Shown one piece after another: positions 33,549 to 44,246 of a stretch of 64,000 nt of DNA (positions are counted from its first letter, which is position 1; each line of letters starts with the position of its first letter). The translations under genes were made by a program, and so were the position numbers. The notes beneath the pieces are model-generated. The model had not been told where the DNA came from. It saw nothing but the letters and a program-made list of their open reading frames with translations, and searched no databases. The stretch comes from Alphaproteobacteria bacterium (GTDB lineage Bacteria > Pseudomonadota > Alphaproteobacteria > CADEGL01), in the NCBI GenBank assembly GCA_046349515.1, contig JAXMCE010000002.1:27623-91622 (forward strand), given 5' to 3'.

Positions 33549-35669
33549 TCAACCGCCGCGGCCGGCCTTCGCAAGCGCCTCCAGCACCGCTTCGCGCGTC
33601 AGCAATTCCGGCAGCACAATACCCACAGCCGCGGAAGGGCCATAGACGGCGTTGAACGGGATGCCGTAGCGCCCGAAGCGCGCGAGAAAGGCGGCGATGC
33701 GCGGGTCCGGGTTCGTCCAATCGGCGCGCATGGCGACGACGCCTCCCGTGCTGAGCGCATGGGCGACCGACTCCGTCTCCAGCACGACCCGCTCGTTCAC
33801 CTTGCAGGTCAGGCACCAATCGGCGGTGACGTCGACGAACACGACCTTGCCCTGGGCCACGAGGCCGGGAATGGCCGCCGAGTCGAAGGGCTGCCACGCG
33901 ATCATGCCGATGGACGGGTTGGCCGAAGGCGCGCGCGCCGCGACGAAGTACGGCGAGAGAAGAGCCAGGACCGCGACGACAGCGGGACCCAGCCACCCGA
34001 ACGGCGTTCGCGAACGCCGCGCCGCATAGAGACTCGCGACCAGCAAAGCGAGCGCGCCGACGACGACCAGTGCCGTTGCGGTCCCGCGCGCCGATGCGAG
34101 CACGACGAGAAGCCACGCCGCCGTCGCGATGAGCGCCAGGCCCAAGATGCGCCGCAACGTCACCATCCAATGGCCCGGCCGCGGCAAGCGCGCGGCCACG
34201 TCCGGGAAGGACGCGACCGCCAGGTACGGCAAGGCGAGACCGACGCCGAGGGCCGCGAACACAGCCAGGATCTCGAAGGGCCCGCGCGCGAGGGCGAAGC
34301 CGATAGCCGTGCCGAGAAACGGCGCCGAGCAGGGTGTTGCGAGAACCGTCGCAAGCGCGCCGGTCAGGAAATGGCCGAGAAATCCATCGTCGCGCCCGAC
34401 CCGGGCCGCACGGTCAGCCAGCGTCGCAGGCAGGCGGAACTCGAAGACGCCCCACAAATTGCATGCGAAGGCGGTCACCGTGAGCGCCATGGCGATGAGA
34501 AAGACGGGTTCCTGAAACTGAAAGCCCCACCCGATGGCGTGCCCGGCCGCCTTCGCGGCAAGAACGCCACACGCCAAAAGCAGAAACGAAAACACGATAC
34601 CCGCGGCCGATGCCAGGAACCGGCGGCGCACGATGATTCGCGCCTGCCCGCCGAGGCCGACGATGCCGAGGAGCTTGATCGAAAGCACCGGCAGCACACA
34701 GGGCATGAGATTGAGGACAAGGCCGCCGAGAAGCGCCAGGCCCAGGATCCCGAGGAATGCCGTCCAGCCGATGGGCTGGATGTTCGAAGCGCTGACGGTC
34801 GTCGTCCATTCCGCCGCCCGCACGCCATCGACGAGAGTCACGGTGAGGCTCTGCCCGACGAGCGATGTCGGGGTCGGTGAAATACCGAGGACGGGGACAT
34901 CGGCGGTGACGGCCTTGCCTTTGGCTTCGACTGCGAACGCGCCGAACCCGTAGGCCTCCGGCCCCTCGACGAAGAGATCGGGCTTGTCGAAGCCAGCGCG
35001 GCCGTCGATCGCGAGGCGGAGCTTCTCCTCGCCTGGCCGCCCCGAGACAGCGCTCTCGACGAGCGTCCAGCCAAGGGCCGCGCCGTCGCCCGGCACGAAG
35101 GCGCGATAGCGCTCGATGACGGACGCGAAGGCGGTCGGGCGCGCATCGCCTGGCGGAACGGTGAGTTCGAGCGCGGCGCTGTAGGGAATGCAGATCTCCT
35201 CGCAGGTGAGATAGTCGACGAGGAGGCGAAGCACGAGCGGCTCCCCCGTCTTCGCCGCGCGCGCATCGATGGGAAACACGACCTCGTCCGTGTAGCCGAG
35301 AGTCTCGAGGCCGAGGACCGAGAATCGGCGCGGCGCGGGCCACTGCATCGTTGCCGATTCGAGGTTGCGCGATCCCGTCCAGTCGAGCCGCGGCGGATAG
35401 CCGGCGGCACCGGGGGAGCGCCAGTAGACCTTCCAGTGCGGCTGCAAGCGGAACTGGAGACCGAGGCGAACCGGCCCGCCGGTGCCAAGCGCGTCCGTCG
35501 CCGACAGAAGACGGAGCTCGGTCTGCTCGGTGCGAATCGAAGCGGAAGCGCCCGGTGCGGCCGGCACGCCCAGCGTACCATCGGCGGCCCGTGCCGTTTG
35601 GCCGAGCGGCATTGCCGCGGCGAAGACGACCGCCGAAGCAAGACAGACCGACGTCACCATCCGAATCAT
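33549..35669 (-). CDS. dsbD: Thiol:disulfide interchange protein DsbD (N-terminal periplasmic domain, CcdA-like TM core, C-terminal thioredoxin)
   Basis: TM core with LMPCVLPVLSIK. C-terminal WCLTCK thioredoxin motif. Start taken at MIRMVTSVCLASAVVFAAA, which is signal-like. Confidence 0.8.
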   Translation of the reverse strand: MIRMVTSVCLASAVVFAAAMPLGQTARAADGTLGVPAAPGASASIRTEQTELRLLSATDALGTGGPVRLGLQFRLQPHWKVYWRSPGAAGYPPRLDWTGSRNLESATMQWPAPRRFSVLGLETLGYTDEVVFPIDARAAKTGEPLVLRLLVDYLTCEEICIPYSAALELTVPPGDARPTAFASVIERYRAFVPGDGAALGWTLVESAVSGRPGEEKLRLAIDGRAGFDKPDLFVEGPEAYGFGAFAVEAKGKAVTADVPVLGISPTPTSLVGQSLTVTLVDGVRAAEWTTTVSASNIQPIGWTAFLGILGLALLGGLVLNLMPCVLPVLSIKLLGIVGLGGQARIIVRRRFLASAAGIVFSFLLLACGVLAAKAAGHAIGWGFQFQEPVFLIAMALTVTAFACNLWGVFEFRLPATLADRAARVGRDDGFLGHFLTGALATVLATPCSAPFLGTAIGFALARGPFEILAVFAALGVGLALPYLAVASFPDVAARLPRPGHWMVTLRRILGLALIATAAWLLVVLASARGTATALVVVGALALLVASLYAARRSRTPFGWLGPAVVAVLALLSPYFVAARAPSANPSIGMIAWQPFDSAAIPGLVAQGKVVFVDVTADWCLTCKVNERVVLETESVAHALSTGGVVAMRADWTNPDPRIAAFLARFGRYGIPFNAVYGPSAAVGIVLPELLTREAVLEALAKAGRGG

Positions 35670-35827
35670 CGTTCGCAACACATTCTTCTCGCAGGACACC
35701 GTCGCGCGTCGCCTTCGCCCATCTTGGGTTGAGCACACCCGCCTTATACCAGCACGGGTGTGCCGTCGACGATCACGCTATCGTGTCGGCCTTGCGCGGG
35801 AAAATCGAGCGGCGGTAGACTCCGCGC

Positions 35828-36403
35828 ATGACCAGCGCAGGCGAACCGGCTGGGCTCCTTCCCGGCCAATTGCTCATTGCCATGCCGGCGATGACGGATC
35901 CACGCTTCGAGCGTTCCGTCATCTACATGTGCGCCCATACCTCGGATGGCGCCATGGGGCTCGTCCTCAATCGGCTGCTGGGGTCGGTCACCTTCCCGGA
36001 CCTGCTCGAGCAGCTCGGCATCAAAGGCATGGAGTTCAAGGACGAGATCCGCGTGCACTTCGGCGGGCCCGTCGAATCCGGACGCGGCTTCGTCCTTCAT
36101 TCCTCGGAATTCGTCCTTGATGGCACGCTGGTCGTGGACAGGGGCATCGCGCTCACGGCATCGATCGACATTCTCAAGGCCATCGCCTCCGGCGGCGGTC
36201 CGCGCCAACGGCTCTTGGCGCTCGGCTATGCGGGCTGGGGGCCGGGGCAACTCGAGCAGGAAATCCAGGCCAATGGCTGGCTCCACGTGCCGGCCGATGC
36301 GGAGATCGTGTTCGATTCCGCGCTCGACACGAAATGGACTCGCGCCATGGCGAAGCTTGGTGTGAACCCCACTTCCCTGTCGACACAGGCAGGCCGGGCC
36401 TAG
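35828..36403 (+). CDS. YqgE/AlgH-family protein (UPF0301)
   Basis: [35 protein letters not shown]. Confidence 0.8.
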   Translation: MTSAGEPAGLLPGQLLIAMPAMTDPRFERSVIYMCAHTSDGAMGLVLNRLLGSVTFPDLLEQLGIKGMEFKDEIRVHFGGPVESGRGFVLHSSEFVLDGTLVVDRGIALTASIDILKAIASGGGPRQRLLALGYAGWGPGQLEQEIQANGWLHVPADAEIVFDSALDTKWTRAMAKLGVNPTSLSTQAGRA

Positions 36404-36808
36404 GTGGACGCGGCGGCCAAGCGCCTGTCGCTCGCCTTCGCGGCCGGCGCGCTCGGTGCGCTGGCCCATGGTTTCGCCCTGTGGTTCGCCGGCCATATCC
36501 ACCTGACCGCCGCGATCGGCGTCGCGATCGCACCAGGCTTGAACACGATCTGGTTCTACCCGCACATCGTGTGGGGCGGGCTCTGGGGCTTCCTCTTCGC
36601 GCTGCCGGTCCTCGAACGCTCCTGGGTGGTGCGGGGCCTCGTCCTGAGCTTGGCTCCCACCCTCGTCCAACTCTTCGTGATCTTTCCGGAGAGGACGACG
36701 GCTGGCACCATGGGGCTTGGCCTCGGCCATCTCACGCCGCTCGTGGTGCTCGTCGCGAACGGCATCTGGGGCCTCGCGGCGGCCGGCTGGTACCGCCTCC
36801 TCCGCTAA
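36404..36808 (+). CDS. Hypothetical small membrane protein (4 predicted TM helices)
   Basis: GTG start abutting the yqgE stop. Hydrophobic segments rich in Trp and Gly. Confidence 0.5.
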   Translation: MDAAAKRLSLAFAAGALGALAHGFALWFAGHIHLTAAIGVAIAPGLNTIWFYPHIVWGGLWGFLFALPVLERSWVVRGLVLSLAPTLVQLFVIFPERTTAGTMGLGLGHLTPLVVLVANGIWGLAAAGWYRLLR

Positions 36809-37413
36809 CGCCGTTCGCGCCGGCGGCGCCAATCGTCGGCGAGCAATCCGAACAGCAGATGGTCGTGCCAATGCCCGTTGATGCGGAGATAGCCGCGCGC
36901 ATAGCCTTCCTGCTGAAACCCCACCTTCTGCAGGACGCGCCGGCTCGGCTCGTTCGATGGCAAGCACGCGGCCTCGAGGCGATGGAGCCCCACGCGGTCG
37001 AACGCGAAGACCGCGACGCAATGGAGCGCATCCGTCATGTGACCCTTGCGCGCGAAGGGCTCGCCGATCCAATAGCCAAGCGTGGCGCTCTGCGCGACGC
37101 CGCGGCGCACGTTGCTCATCGTCACGCCACCGAGCAGCTGGTCGTCGTTGCGGCGCATGATGTGGAGCGGATAGGCCGTTTCGGATCTGAGCTCGTCCAT
37201 GGCCTGATCGAGGCGCCGGCGAAAGGTGAGACGGCTCAGCGCATCGGGCGGCCACAGCGGCTCCCACGGCTCGAGGAAGGCGCGCGAGTCCCGCCGGATC
37301 TCGGACCAGGCGCGCCAGTCGCGGTCCTGGATCGGGCGCAGATAGACTTGATCGCCCTCCAGCCGCAGGTTCGAGGCTTGGCCGGACCAGCTTCTGAGGA
37401 TGCGGAGAACCAT
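36805..37413 (-). CDS. GNAT-family N-acetyltransferase (RimJ/RimL-like)
   Basis: MVLRILRSWSGQASNLRLEGDQVYLRPIQDRDW...LHRLEAACLPSNEPSRRVLQKVGFQQEG from ATG 37413. Confidence 0.75.
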   Translation of the reverse strand: MVLRILRSWSGQASNLRLEGDQVYLRPIQDRDWRAWSEIRRDSRAFLEPWEPLWPPDALSRLTFRRRLDQAMDELRSETAYPLHIMRRNDDQLLGGVTMSNVRRGVAQSATLGYWIGEPFARKGHMTDALHCVAVFAFDRVGLHRLEAACLPSNEPSRRVLQKVGFQQEGYARGYLRINGHWHDHLLFGLLADDWRRRRERR

Positions 37414-37450
37414 CGCGTGATCGGAGCGTGACGCCGGTCGGCGTGAGCCG

Positions 37451-38707
37451 TCAGAGGAATCGGCCCGCGATCGAATCGTAGGATTCGAGCGTGCGCACGG
37501 GGCCGACGGCCGCGATCGTCGGCCGCGATTCGAGAACGCGGCGGGCCACGCGCCGAATCGATGCCGCGTTGATCGCGTCGATCTCGGCGACGATCTCTTC
37601 GACTGGGATAATCCGGCCATAGATGAGTAGATTCGTCGCCAGGCGTTCACAGCGCGCGCCGGTGCTTTCGAGCGCCATCAGGATGCTGGCCTTGAGCTGC
37701 GCGCGGGCGCGGTCGATCTCGACCTCCGCCACCTTGTCCGCGATCGACACCGTCTCGCCGCCGATGACGCGCACGAGCTCCTCGACCATGGCTTCGCCGG
37801 TCCCGGCATAGATGCCGAACAGGCCGCTGTCCGAATAAGACGAGCCGAACGAATAGATGTTGTAGGCCAGGCCGCGCTTCTCCCGCACCTCCTGGAAGAG
37901 GCGCGACGACATGCCGCCGCCGAGCAGCGTGGACAGGGCGGAGGCCACGTAATAGTCCGGGTCGTCGAACGGCACGCCGCGGAACCCGATGACGAGGTGC
38001 AGCTGCTCGAGTCCCCGTTCCTCGCGGATCTCCCCGCCCAAGTAGCGCGCGGGCTCGGGCTTGAAGTGGCCGTTCGGCAGGAGCCCCTGGAAATGCGCGC
38101 GCGCGAGCTCCACGACCTGCCCGTGGTCGAGGCGCCCCGCGGCCGCGAAGATCATTTTCTCGGCCCCGTACTGCGTCCGCATGTAGTCGAACAACACGTC
38201 GCGCTCCATGTGCCCGACGATATCGGTCGTGCCGAGGACCGAACGTCCCATGGGCTGGTCGGGGAATGCCGCCGCCTGGAAGTGATCGAAGACGATGTCG
38301 TCCGGCGTGTCGCGCGCCTGGCCAATCTCCTGGAGGACGACCGAGCGCTCGCGCTCGAGCTCGGTCGAATCGAAGACCGAGTTCTGGAGGATGTCGGCCA
38401 GAATGTCGATCGCGAGGGGAAGATCGCCCGACAGGACCTTGGCGTAGTAGGCCGTGTGCTCGCGCGCGGTGTAGGCGTTGAGCTGGCCGCCGACGGCCTC
38501 GATTTCCTCGGCGATCGCCTGGGCCGTCCGCCGCCGCGTGCCCTTGAACGCCATATGCTCAAGAAGATGGGCGATGCCGTTCCACTCCGGCCGCTCATTT
38601 CTCGTACCCGAGCCGACCCACACGCCGAGCGACACCGTCTCGACCGAATCCATGCGATCGGTGACGACGGTGAGGCCGTTCGGCAGCTTGGTCAGCAGAA
38701 TGCTCAT
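37451..38707 (-). CDS. M16-family zinc peptidase (pitrilysin/MPP-like)
   Basis: Inverted zinc motif HLLEHMAFKGT. Start MSILLTKLPNGLTVV. Confidence 0.8.
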   Translation of the reverse strand: MSILLTKLPNGLTVVTDRMDSVETVSLGVWVGSGTRNERPEWNGIAHLLEHMAFKGTRRRTAQAIAEEIEAVGGQLNAYTAREHTAYYAKVLSGDLPLAIDILADILQNSVFDSTELERERSVVLQEIGQARDTPDDIVFDHFQAAAFPDQPMGRSVLGTTDIVGHMERDVLFDYMRTQYGAEKMIFAAAGRLDHGQVVELARAHFQGLLPNGHFKPEPARYLGGEIREERGLEQLHLVIGFRGVPFDDPDYYVASALSTLLGGGMSSRLFQEVREKRGLAYNIYSFGSSYSDSGLFGIYAGTGEAMVEELVRVIGGETVSIADKVAEVEIDRARAQLKASILMALESTGARCERLATNLLIYGRIIPVEEIVAEIDAINAASIRRVARRVLESRPTIAAVGPVRTLESYDSIAGRFL

Positions 38708-40110
38708 GCGGCCCCCGTGAGGGCGATGCGCGCCCGGACGAATGCCTTGAGCGCCTCGCCGTCCTTGGGCAGCGAGATCACGCGCTCCTCGCGGGAGAAG
38801 AGGTCGGCGTGCCGCGGCGGAAGCGCCGGGCGCAACCCCGTCGCGCGCTCGACCGCGTCCGGAAACTTGGCCGGGTGAGCCGTCGCCAAGGCGATGACCG
38901 GCGCATCCCGGTCGCGTGCGCACGCCCGAGCGGCGGCAAGGCCGACCGCGCTGTGCGGGTCGATGACATGGCCCGTCTCGCCGTGGATGCGGCGCATGGT
39001 CTCGATCGTCCCGTCATCGTCGAGGCGAAACCCGTCGAAGAGCGCCTGCGCGCGCCGCCAAGCCCCGGCCTCGAAGGCCAGCCGCCCCTCGGCACGAAAC
39101 CGCCCCATGGCCCGGCCGACCGCGGCGCCGTCGCGCTCGAACAGATCGAACATCAGGCGCTCGAAATTGCTCGACACCTGGATGTCCATGCTCGGGCTCA
39201 GCGAGGGCTCGACGCCGCGCACTTCGAGCGTGCCGCTCTCGAAGAAACGGGCGAGGATGTCGTTGCGGTTGGAGGCCACGATGAGCTGGGAAATGGGCAA
39301 ACCCATGGCACGCGCGGCGTAGCCGGCATAGACATTGCCGAAATTGCCCGTGGGCACCGCAAAGGCGACCGGCCGGTGGGGCGCGCCGAGCGCGAGACCG
39401 GCCGCCATGTAGTAGACGGTCTGGGCCGCGATGCGCGCCCAGTTGATCGAATTGACGGCGGAAAGGGCCAGCTCCTCGCGCAGCGCGCGATCGGCGAACA
39501 TGGCCTTCACCAGATCCTGGCAGTCGTCGAAGGTCCCGTCGATCGCGATATTGTGCACGTTGGGCGAGAGCACCGTGGTCATCATCCGGCGCTGCACCTC
39601 CGAGACGCGGCCGCGCGGGTGGAGGATGAAGATGTCGACCGACTTCAGCTTGCGGCATGCCTCGATCGCAGCCGACCCCGTATCGCCCGACGTCGCGCCG
39701 ATGATCGTCACGCGCTGGCCCCGCTTCGAGAGCACGTGGTCGAAGAGGCGCCCGACGAGCTGCAGCGCATAGTCCTTGAAGGCCAAGGTCGGCCCGTGGA
39801 AGAGCTCGAGCATCCAGGTCTGGCGATCCATCTGGACGAGCGGCGCCGTCGCCACATGGTCGAAATCGCGGTAGGCGGCCTCGGCGATCGCCGAGAGTTC
39901 GTCCGGCGCCATGCGCATGCCAAGGAAGGGTGCCATCACCCGGGCCGCCAATTCGGGATAGCTGAGGCGCGCGAAGGAGGCCATCTCCGCAGCATCGAAA
40001 TGGGGCCAATGGTCGGGCACGTAAAGCCCGCCGTCCTCGGCAAGGCCGGCCAGCAACACATCGTCAAAAGCGAGGACCGGGGCCGCACCCCGGGTGCTGA
40101 CATAGCGCAC
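38704..40110 (-). CDS. thrC: Threonine synthase
   Basis: 468 aa, PLP site FHGPTLAFKD. Stop overlaps the M16 peptidase start. Confidence 0.9.
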   Translation of the reverse strand: MRYVSTRGAAPVLAFDDVLLAGLAEDGGLYVPDHWPHFDAAEMASFARLSYPELAARVMAPFLGMRMAPDELSAIAEAAYRDFDHVATAPLVQMDRQTWMLELFHGPTLAFKDYALQLVGRLFDHVLSKRGQRVTIIGATSGDTGSAAIEACRKLKSVDIFILHPRGRVSEVQRRMMTTVLSPNVHNIAIDGTFDDCQDLVKAMFADRALREELALSAVNSINWARIAAQTVYYMAAGLALGAPHRPVAFAVPTGNFGNVYAGYAARAMGLPISQLIVASNRNDILARFFESGTLEVRGVEPSLSPSMDIQVSSNFERLMFDLFERDGAAVGRAMGRFRAEGRLAFEAGAWRRAQALFDGFRLDDDGTIETMRRIHGETGHVIDPHSAVGLAAARACARDRDAPVIALATAHPAKFPDAVERATGLRPALPPRHADLFSREERVISLPKDGEALKAFVRARIALTGAA

Positions 40111-40193
40111 GCCGCATTCACTCCGGACTTGGGAAGGCCGATAGAGTATCGCCCCCCGCCAGACCCCGCAATGAATGGGAAAAACTTAATGAT

Positions 40194-41681
40194 TCAAATA
40201 AGATAGCGACGTTCGAGATGGGCCTTGAAGACACCCGGGTCAAGCGCCCGCCCGGTGGCGGCCTCGACCAGCGCCCCCGCCTCGAGACGCGAGCCCTGGC
40301 CGTGGATCGCCTGCCCCAGCCAATCGATAAAGGGACGGAAATCGCCGCGTTCGAGGGCCTGCGGCAGGTCGCCGATCGTGCGGCGTGCCGCGTCGAACAG
40401 CTGGGCGGCCGTCATGGCGCCGAGGGTGTAGGTGGGAAAATATCCCCAGGCCCCGTCATACCAGTGGATATCCTGGAGGCACCCCTGGCGATCGTCGGGC
40501 GGCGCCACGCCGAGAAGCTCGACCATCCCCTCGCGCCAGGCGAGCGGCAGGTCCGCGACCTCGATGTCACCTGCGATCATCGCGCGCTCGAGACGGTAGC
40601 GAAGAATGACATGGGCGGGGTAGGTCACCTCGTCGGCCTCGACGCGGATGAAGCCCCGCTCGACGCGGGTGTAGTGGCGATAGAGATTCTCCGCCGACCA
40701 GGCCGGGCCGCTGCGGCCGAAGGCCGCGCGCAGGCGCGGCGCCACGAAGGCGAGAAACTCCCGGCTCCGGCAGGCCTGCATCTCGATGAGGAGCGACTGG
40801 CTTTCGTGGATGCTCATGCCGCGCGCGAGACCCACGGGCTGACGGCGCCACCGCGCGGGCAAGGCGCGCTCGTAAAGCGCGTGGCCCGTCTCATGCAGCA
40901 CCGCCATGAGGCCTTGGGTGAAATCCGCCTCGTCATAGCGCGTCGTGATGCGGACATCCTCGGGCACGCCGCCGCAGAACGGGTGAGCGCTCTCATCGAG
41001 GCGGCCGTGGGTGAAGTCGAAGCCGAGCGCGCACATCAGCTGCCGGCTGACATCCTGCTGCGCCTCACGCGGGAAAGGGCCGTCGAGGGAAAGCGGCGGG
41101 CCCTCCGCCGCCTGTTTCGTAAGCACGCGCTCGAGGAAATCCGGCAGGAACGCCGCGAGGTCGTCGAACACGGGATCGATCAGATCGGCGCGTCCGCCCG
41201 GCTCGAACTCATCCAGGAGCGCGTCATAGGCCGTGCCGCCGAGGCGCGCGGCCTTGGCCTGACCGACCTCCCGGACAAGGCGGAGCACGCCATCGAGGAG
41301 CGCACTCACGGCCTTGAAGTCGTTCGCCGGCCGCGCCTGCCGCCAGACCGTCTCCGCCGCGGCGCAAGCCTTGGTCAGCGCCTCGACGAGCGGGCCCTCG
41401 AGGGCGGAGGCGTGGCTCCACATCCGCCGCATCTCGCGGAGATTGGCGCGCTGCCAATCATCGAGACCTGTTTCTGCTGCGGCAGCCTCGAGCCACTCTC
41501 CCGTCGCAGGGTCGACCAGGAGGTCGTGCCCCACCCGCCGCAAGGCCGCCAACTGCTCGGCGCGGGCCTCGACACCGCCCGGCGGCATCATGGTCGACAT
41601 GTCCCAATGGAGGACGTTCGCCGCCTCGACGAGGGCCGAATGCCGCGCGAAGCGCTCCTCGAGGGCCCGGTAGGCGTTCAC
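40194..41681 (-). CDS. M32 carboxypeptidase (Taq-type)
   Basis: HETGHALYE (HEXXH), HESQSLLIE and HPF-like motifs. Proposed GTG start at 41681, directly after the SURF1 stop. Confidence 0.75.
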   Translation of the reverse strand: MNAYRALEERFARHSALVEAANVLHWDMSTMMPPGGVEARAEQLAALRRVGHDLLVDPATGEWLEAAAAETGLDDWQRANLREMRRMWSHASALEGPLVEALTKACAAAETVWRQARPANDFKAVSALLDGVLRLVREVGQAKAARLGGTAYDALLDEFEPGGRADLIDPVFDDLAAFLPDFLERVLTKQAAEGPPLSLDGPFPREAQQDVSRQLMCALGFDFTHGRLDESAHPFCGGVPEDVRITTRYDEADFTQGLMAVLHETGHALYERALPARWRRQPVGLARGMSIHESQSLLIEMQACRSREFLAFVAPRLRAAFGRSGPAWSAENLYRHYTRVERGFIRVEADEVTYPAHVILRYRLERAMIAGDIEVADLPLAWREGMVELLGVAPPDDRQGCLQDIHWYDGAWGYFPTYTLGAMTAAQLFDAARRTIGDLPQALERGDFRPFIDWLGQAIHGQGSRLEAGALVEAATGRALDPGVFKAHLERRYLI

Positions 41682-42418
41682 CGCTGGCGGCGACGATAGA
41701 CGACGTAGATTACGACCAAGGCGACAGCGAGCGCATACCAGGTGGCGGCATATTGGAGATGGTCGTTCCGCACCTCGATCGGGCGATCGCTGCCCACGGG
41801 ATAGCCGCCCGGATTCACGGCCGAGCCGGCCTCGACATAGAAGGGCAGCAGCGCGACGCCGGCATACTTGGCCATCTCCGAGACGTTGATGTGGAACCAC
41901 AGGTTCTGGTCGGGACGGTTGTCGGGCGTCAACGGGCCGCGGTGCGCCTTGGTGCGGATCATCCCCTCGACCTCGACGGGCTCGTCCGAGAGCCCCTCCG
42001 AGCGCAAGCGCGGCTCGGCGCGATCGGGCGGAACCCACCCGCGATCGACAAGGACGATTCGCCCGTCCTCCAGCCGCAAGGGCGTCACGACATGGAGGCC
42101 GACGACGCCCTTATGCGTCCGTCCGGTCAGGTACATCTCCTTGTCGTGGAGGAAGGTGCCGGTGAGGCGGACGTGGCGGAAGGCGAGCTCCGCCGGCGGC
42201 ACATCGTCGGGCAAGCCGTCCAATACGGGGGCGGTGCTGTGCGCTTCGATCGAGCGGACGATCTTCTCCTTCCAGGCCAGCCGGTGGAGCTGCCACGTGC
42301 CGAGGCCGACGAGGATCAGAACGCCCAGCGCCGTGATGACCGTCGGCCACAGCAGCCCCCTGCGCCGATCACTGTCGCCCATCGAATGTATCTCGCCGGT
42401 GTCGATATTGGAGGGCAA
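41678..42418 (-). CDS. SURF1-family cytochrome oxidase biogenesis protein
   Basis: Two TM helices flank a periplasmic domain (LGTWQLHRLAWKEK...). Possible TTG start at 42418, or the ATG at 42382. Confidence 0.8.
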   Translation of the reverse strand: MPSNIDTGEIHSMGDSDRRRGLLWPTVITALGVLILVGLGTWQLHRLAWKEKIVRSIEAHSTAPVLDGLPDDVPPAELAFRHVRLTGTFLHDKEMYLTGRTHKGVVGLHVVTPLRLEDGRIVLVDRGWVPPDRAEPRLRSEGLSDEPVEVEGMIRTKAHRGPLTPDNRPDQNLWFHINVSEMAKYAGVALLPFYVEAGSAVNPGGYPVGSDRPIEVRNDHLQYAATWYALAVALVVIYVVYRRRQR

Positions 42419-42743
42419 TGAGTGTCGCCTTAAACGGCCGCAGCATCAACAGCCCTCCGCCGAGAATCACGGGCGGCCACAAGATCGCATGAACCCAGAA
42501 CGGCGGTTCGAATTCGACCTCGGTCCAGAGCGCGAGGCCGACCACGATGAAACCGAGGATGAGGATCACGAAGACGGCGGGACCATCGCCCGAATCCTGG
42601 GCGCTCAACTCGAGCCCGCACACCTCGCAGCGCCGCGCGATCTCGAGATAGCCATCAAAGAGGCGCCCACGCCCGCAGGCAGGGCACCGGCAGGTCAATC
42701 CGGCGCGGAACGGCGAGACGGGCGGTAGCCCCGGCTCAGGCAT
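42369..42743 (-). CDS. DUF983 protein (zinc-ribbon plus TM), a usual cox-cluster associate
   Basis: CPACGRGRLF...CEVCG zinc ribbon followed by TM helices. Confidence 0.7.
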   Translation of the reverse strand: MPEPGLPPVSPFRAGLTCRCPACGRGRLFDGYLEIARRCEVCGLELSAQDSGDGPAVFVILILGFIVVGLALWTEVEFEPPFWVHAILWPPVILGGGLLMLRPFKATLIALQYRHRRDTFDGRQ

Positions 42744-42764
42744 CCTTTGCGCGAATCAGGACGC

Positions 42765-43583
42765 TCAATGCGTCACCGGCCCCTTCCCCCACCAGTAGAT
42801 GCAGGTGAACAGGAAGAGCCAGACCACGTCGACGAAGTGCCAATACCACGCGGCCGCTTCGAAGCCGAAATGGTGATCCGGCTTGAACTGCCCGGCATAG
42901 GCGCGGAAGAAGCAGACGATGAGGAAGATCGTCCCGATGATGACGTGGAAGCCGTGGAAGCCCGTCGCCATGAAGAACGTCGTGCCGAAGATGCCGCCAC
43001 GGAAGCTGAACGGCGCCTCCGAATACTCGAAGGCCTGCACGGCCGTGAAGCAAAGGCCCAAGGCGATCGTGATCGCCAGGCCCGCCAGCATGCCGCGCCG
43101 GTTGCCCTCGCGGAGCGCATGGTGCGCCCAGGTGACGGTGACGCCCGAGGTCAGGAGGATGAGCGTATTGAGGAACGGCAGGTTCCACGGGTTGAAGGTG
43201 ATGATCCCCTCCGGCGGCCAAACGCTGCCGATCGCCGCGGTCGGGAAAAGGCTCGCGTTGAAATAGGCCCAGAACCACGCCACGAAGAACATGACTTCGG
43301 ACGCGATGAAGAGGGCCATGCCGAAGCGCAGCCCGATCTGCACGGGCGGCGTGTGGTGGCCCTGGAATGCGGCCTCGCGCACCACGTCGCGCCACCACAT
43401 GGCCATCGTCACGAGCGTCAGCGCCAAGCCCGCCACCATGACCCACGCGGTCACGTGGTGCATGAACATGACGCCGCCGAAGGTCAGGAGGAGCGCCGAC
43501 GTGGCCCCCACGACGGGCCATGGACTCGGATCGACGAGATGCCACGGGTGTTTTTGATGATGAGCTGCGTGCGTCTGGGCCAT
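42765..43583 (-). CDS. ctaE: Cytochrome c oxidase subunit III
   Basis: [23 protein letters not shown].... Confidence 0.9.
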   Translation of the reverse strand: MAQTHAAHHQKHPWHLVDPSPWPVVGATSALLLTFGGVMFMHHVTAWVMVAGLALTLVTMAMWWRDVVREAAFQGHHTPPVQIGLRFGMALFIASEVMFFVAWFWAYFNASLFPTAAIGSVWPPEGIITFNPWNLPFLNTLILLTSGVTVTWAHHALREGNRRGMLAGLAITIALGLCFTAVQAFEYSEAPFSFRGGIFGTTFFMATGFHGFHVIIGTIFLIVCFFRAYAGQFKPDHHFGFEAAAWYWHFVDVVWLFLFTCIYWWGKGPVTH

Positions 43584-43649
43584 GGGCATTCCCCTTAGAT
43601 TCGTCCGCCGGACCGCTGAGGTCGGCGGCTCGGAGTCGTTGTCAAATCC

Positions 43650-44243
43650 TCAGTTCGCCGTGCTTGCCGGCGCCACGGCGCTCACCGCCGGGGCGGCCGA
43701 CCCGCCATCGTTTCGGAAGAAAGTGTAGGACAGGACGATCGCCTCGATATCTTTGAGGTCGGCATCCTTCAAGATTGCCGGGTCGACAAAGAAAGAGACG
43801 GGCATGTCGACGGTTTCCCCCGCCGCGAGCGTCTGCGCCTCGAAACAGAAACAGGCGATCTTGTTGAAATAGACACCCGCCGTCGATGGATTGACGTTGA
43901 ATGTCGCCGAACCGCTGACCGCGGTGTTCGCGAAATTGTGTGCCCTATAGAACGCCAGAGTCGGCTCGCCGATGCGTACCCGCATTTCGCGCTCGACCGG
44001 CTCGAACGTCCAGGGCAGGCGCGAATTCACCGTCGCATCGAAGCGTACCGTGATCATGCGCGTCTCGACGACTTCGCCGGCGTTGGCCGGAGCCTTGGCA
44101 ACGCGCCGGGTCGTCCCGCCGAGGCCGGTCGCCTCGCAAAAGACCTTGTAGAGAGGCACGGCCGCGAACGACATGCCGACCATCCCCGCGACCACACCCG
44201 CGAGGGCCCATGCCGTGATATGCCGCTTCCGCTCGGCCCTCAC
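43650..44243 (-). CDS. ctaG: Cytochrome c oxidase assembly protein CtaG/Cox11
   Basis: AVPLYKVFCEATG, and the FCFEAQTL copper-binding motif. Confidence 0.85.
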   Translation of the reverse strand: MRAERKRHITAWALAGVVAGMVGMSFAAVPLYKVFCEATGLGGTTRRVAKAPANAGEVVETRMITVRFDATVNSRLPWTFEPVEREMRVRIGEPTLAFYRAHNFANTAVSGSATFNVNPSTAGVYFNKIACFCFEAQTLAAGETVDMPVSFFVDPAILKDADLKDIEAIVLSYTFFRNDGGSAAPAVSAVAPASTAN

Positions 44244-44246
44244 TGT

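Noticed and set aside
41678-42418. SURF1 start at the internal ATG 42382 versus the upstream TTG 42418
   Set aside because: It cannot be decided from sequence. The TTG has a better AAGG spacer. The longer ORF was kept, with the uncertainty noted.
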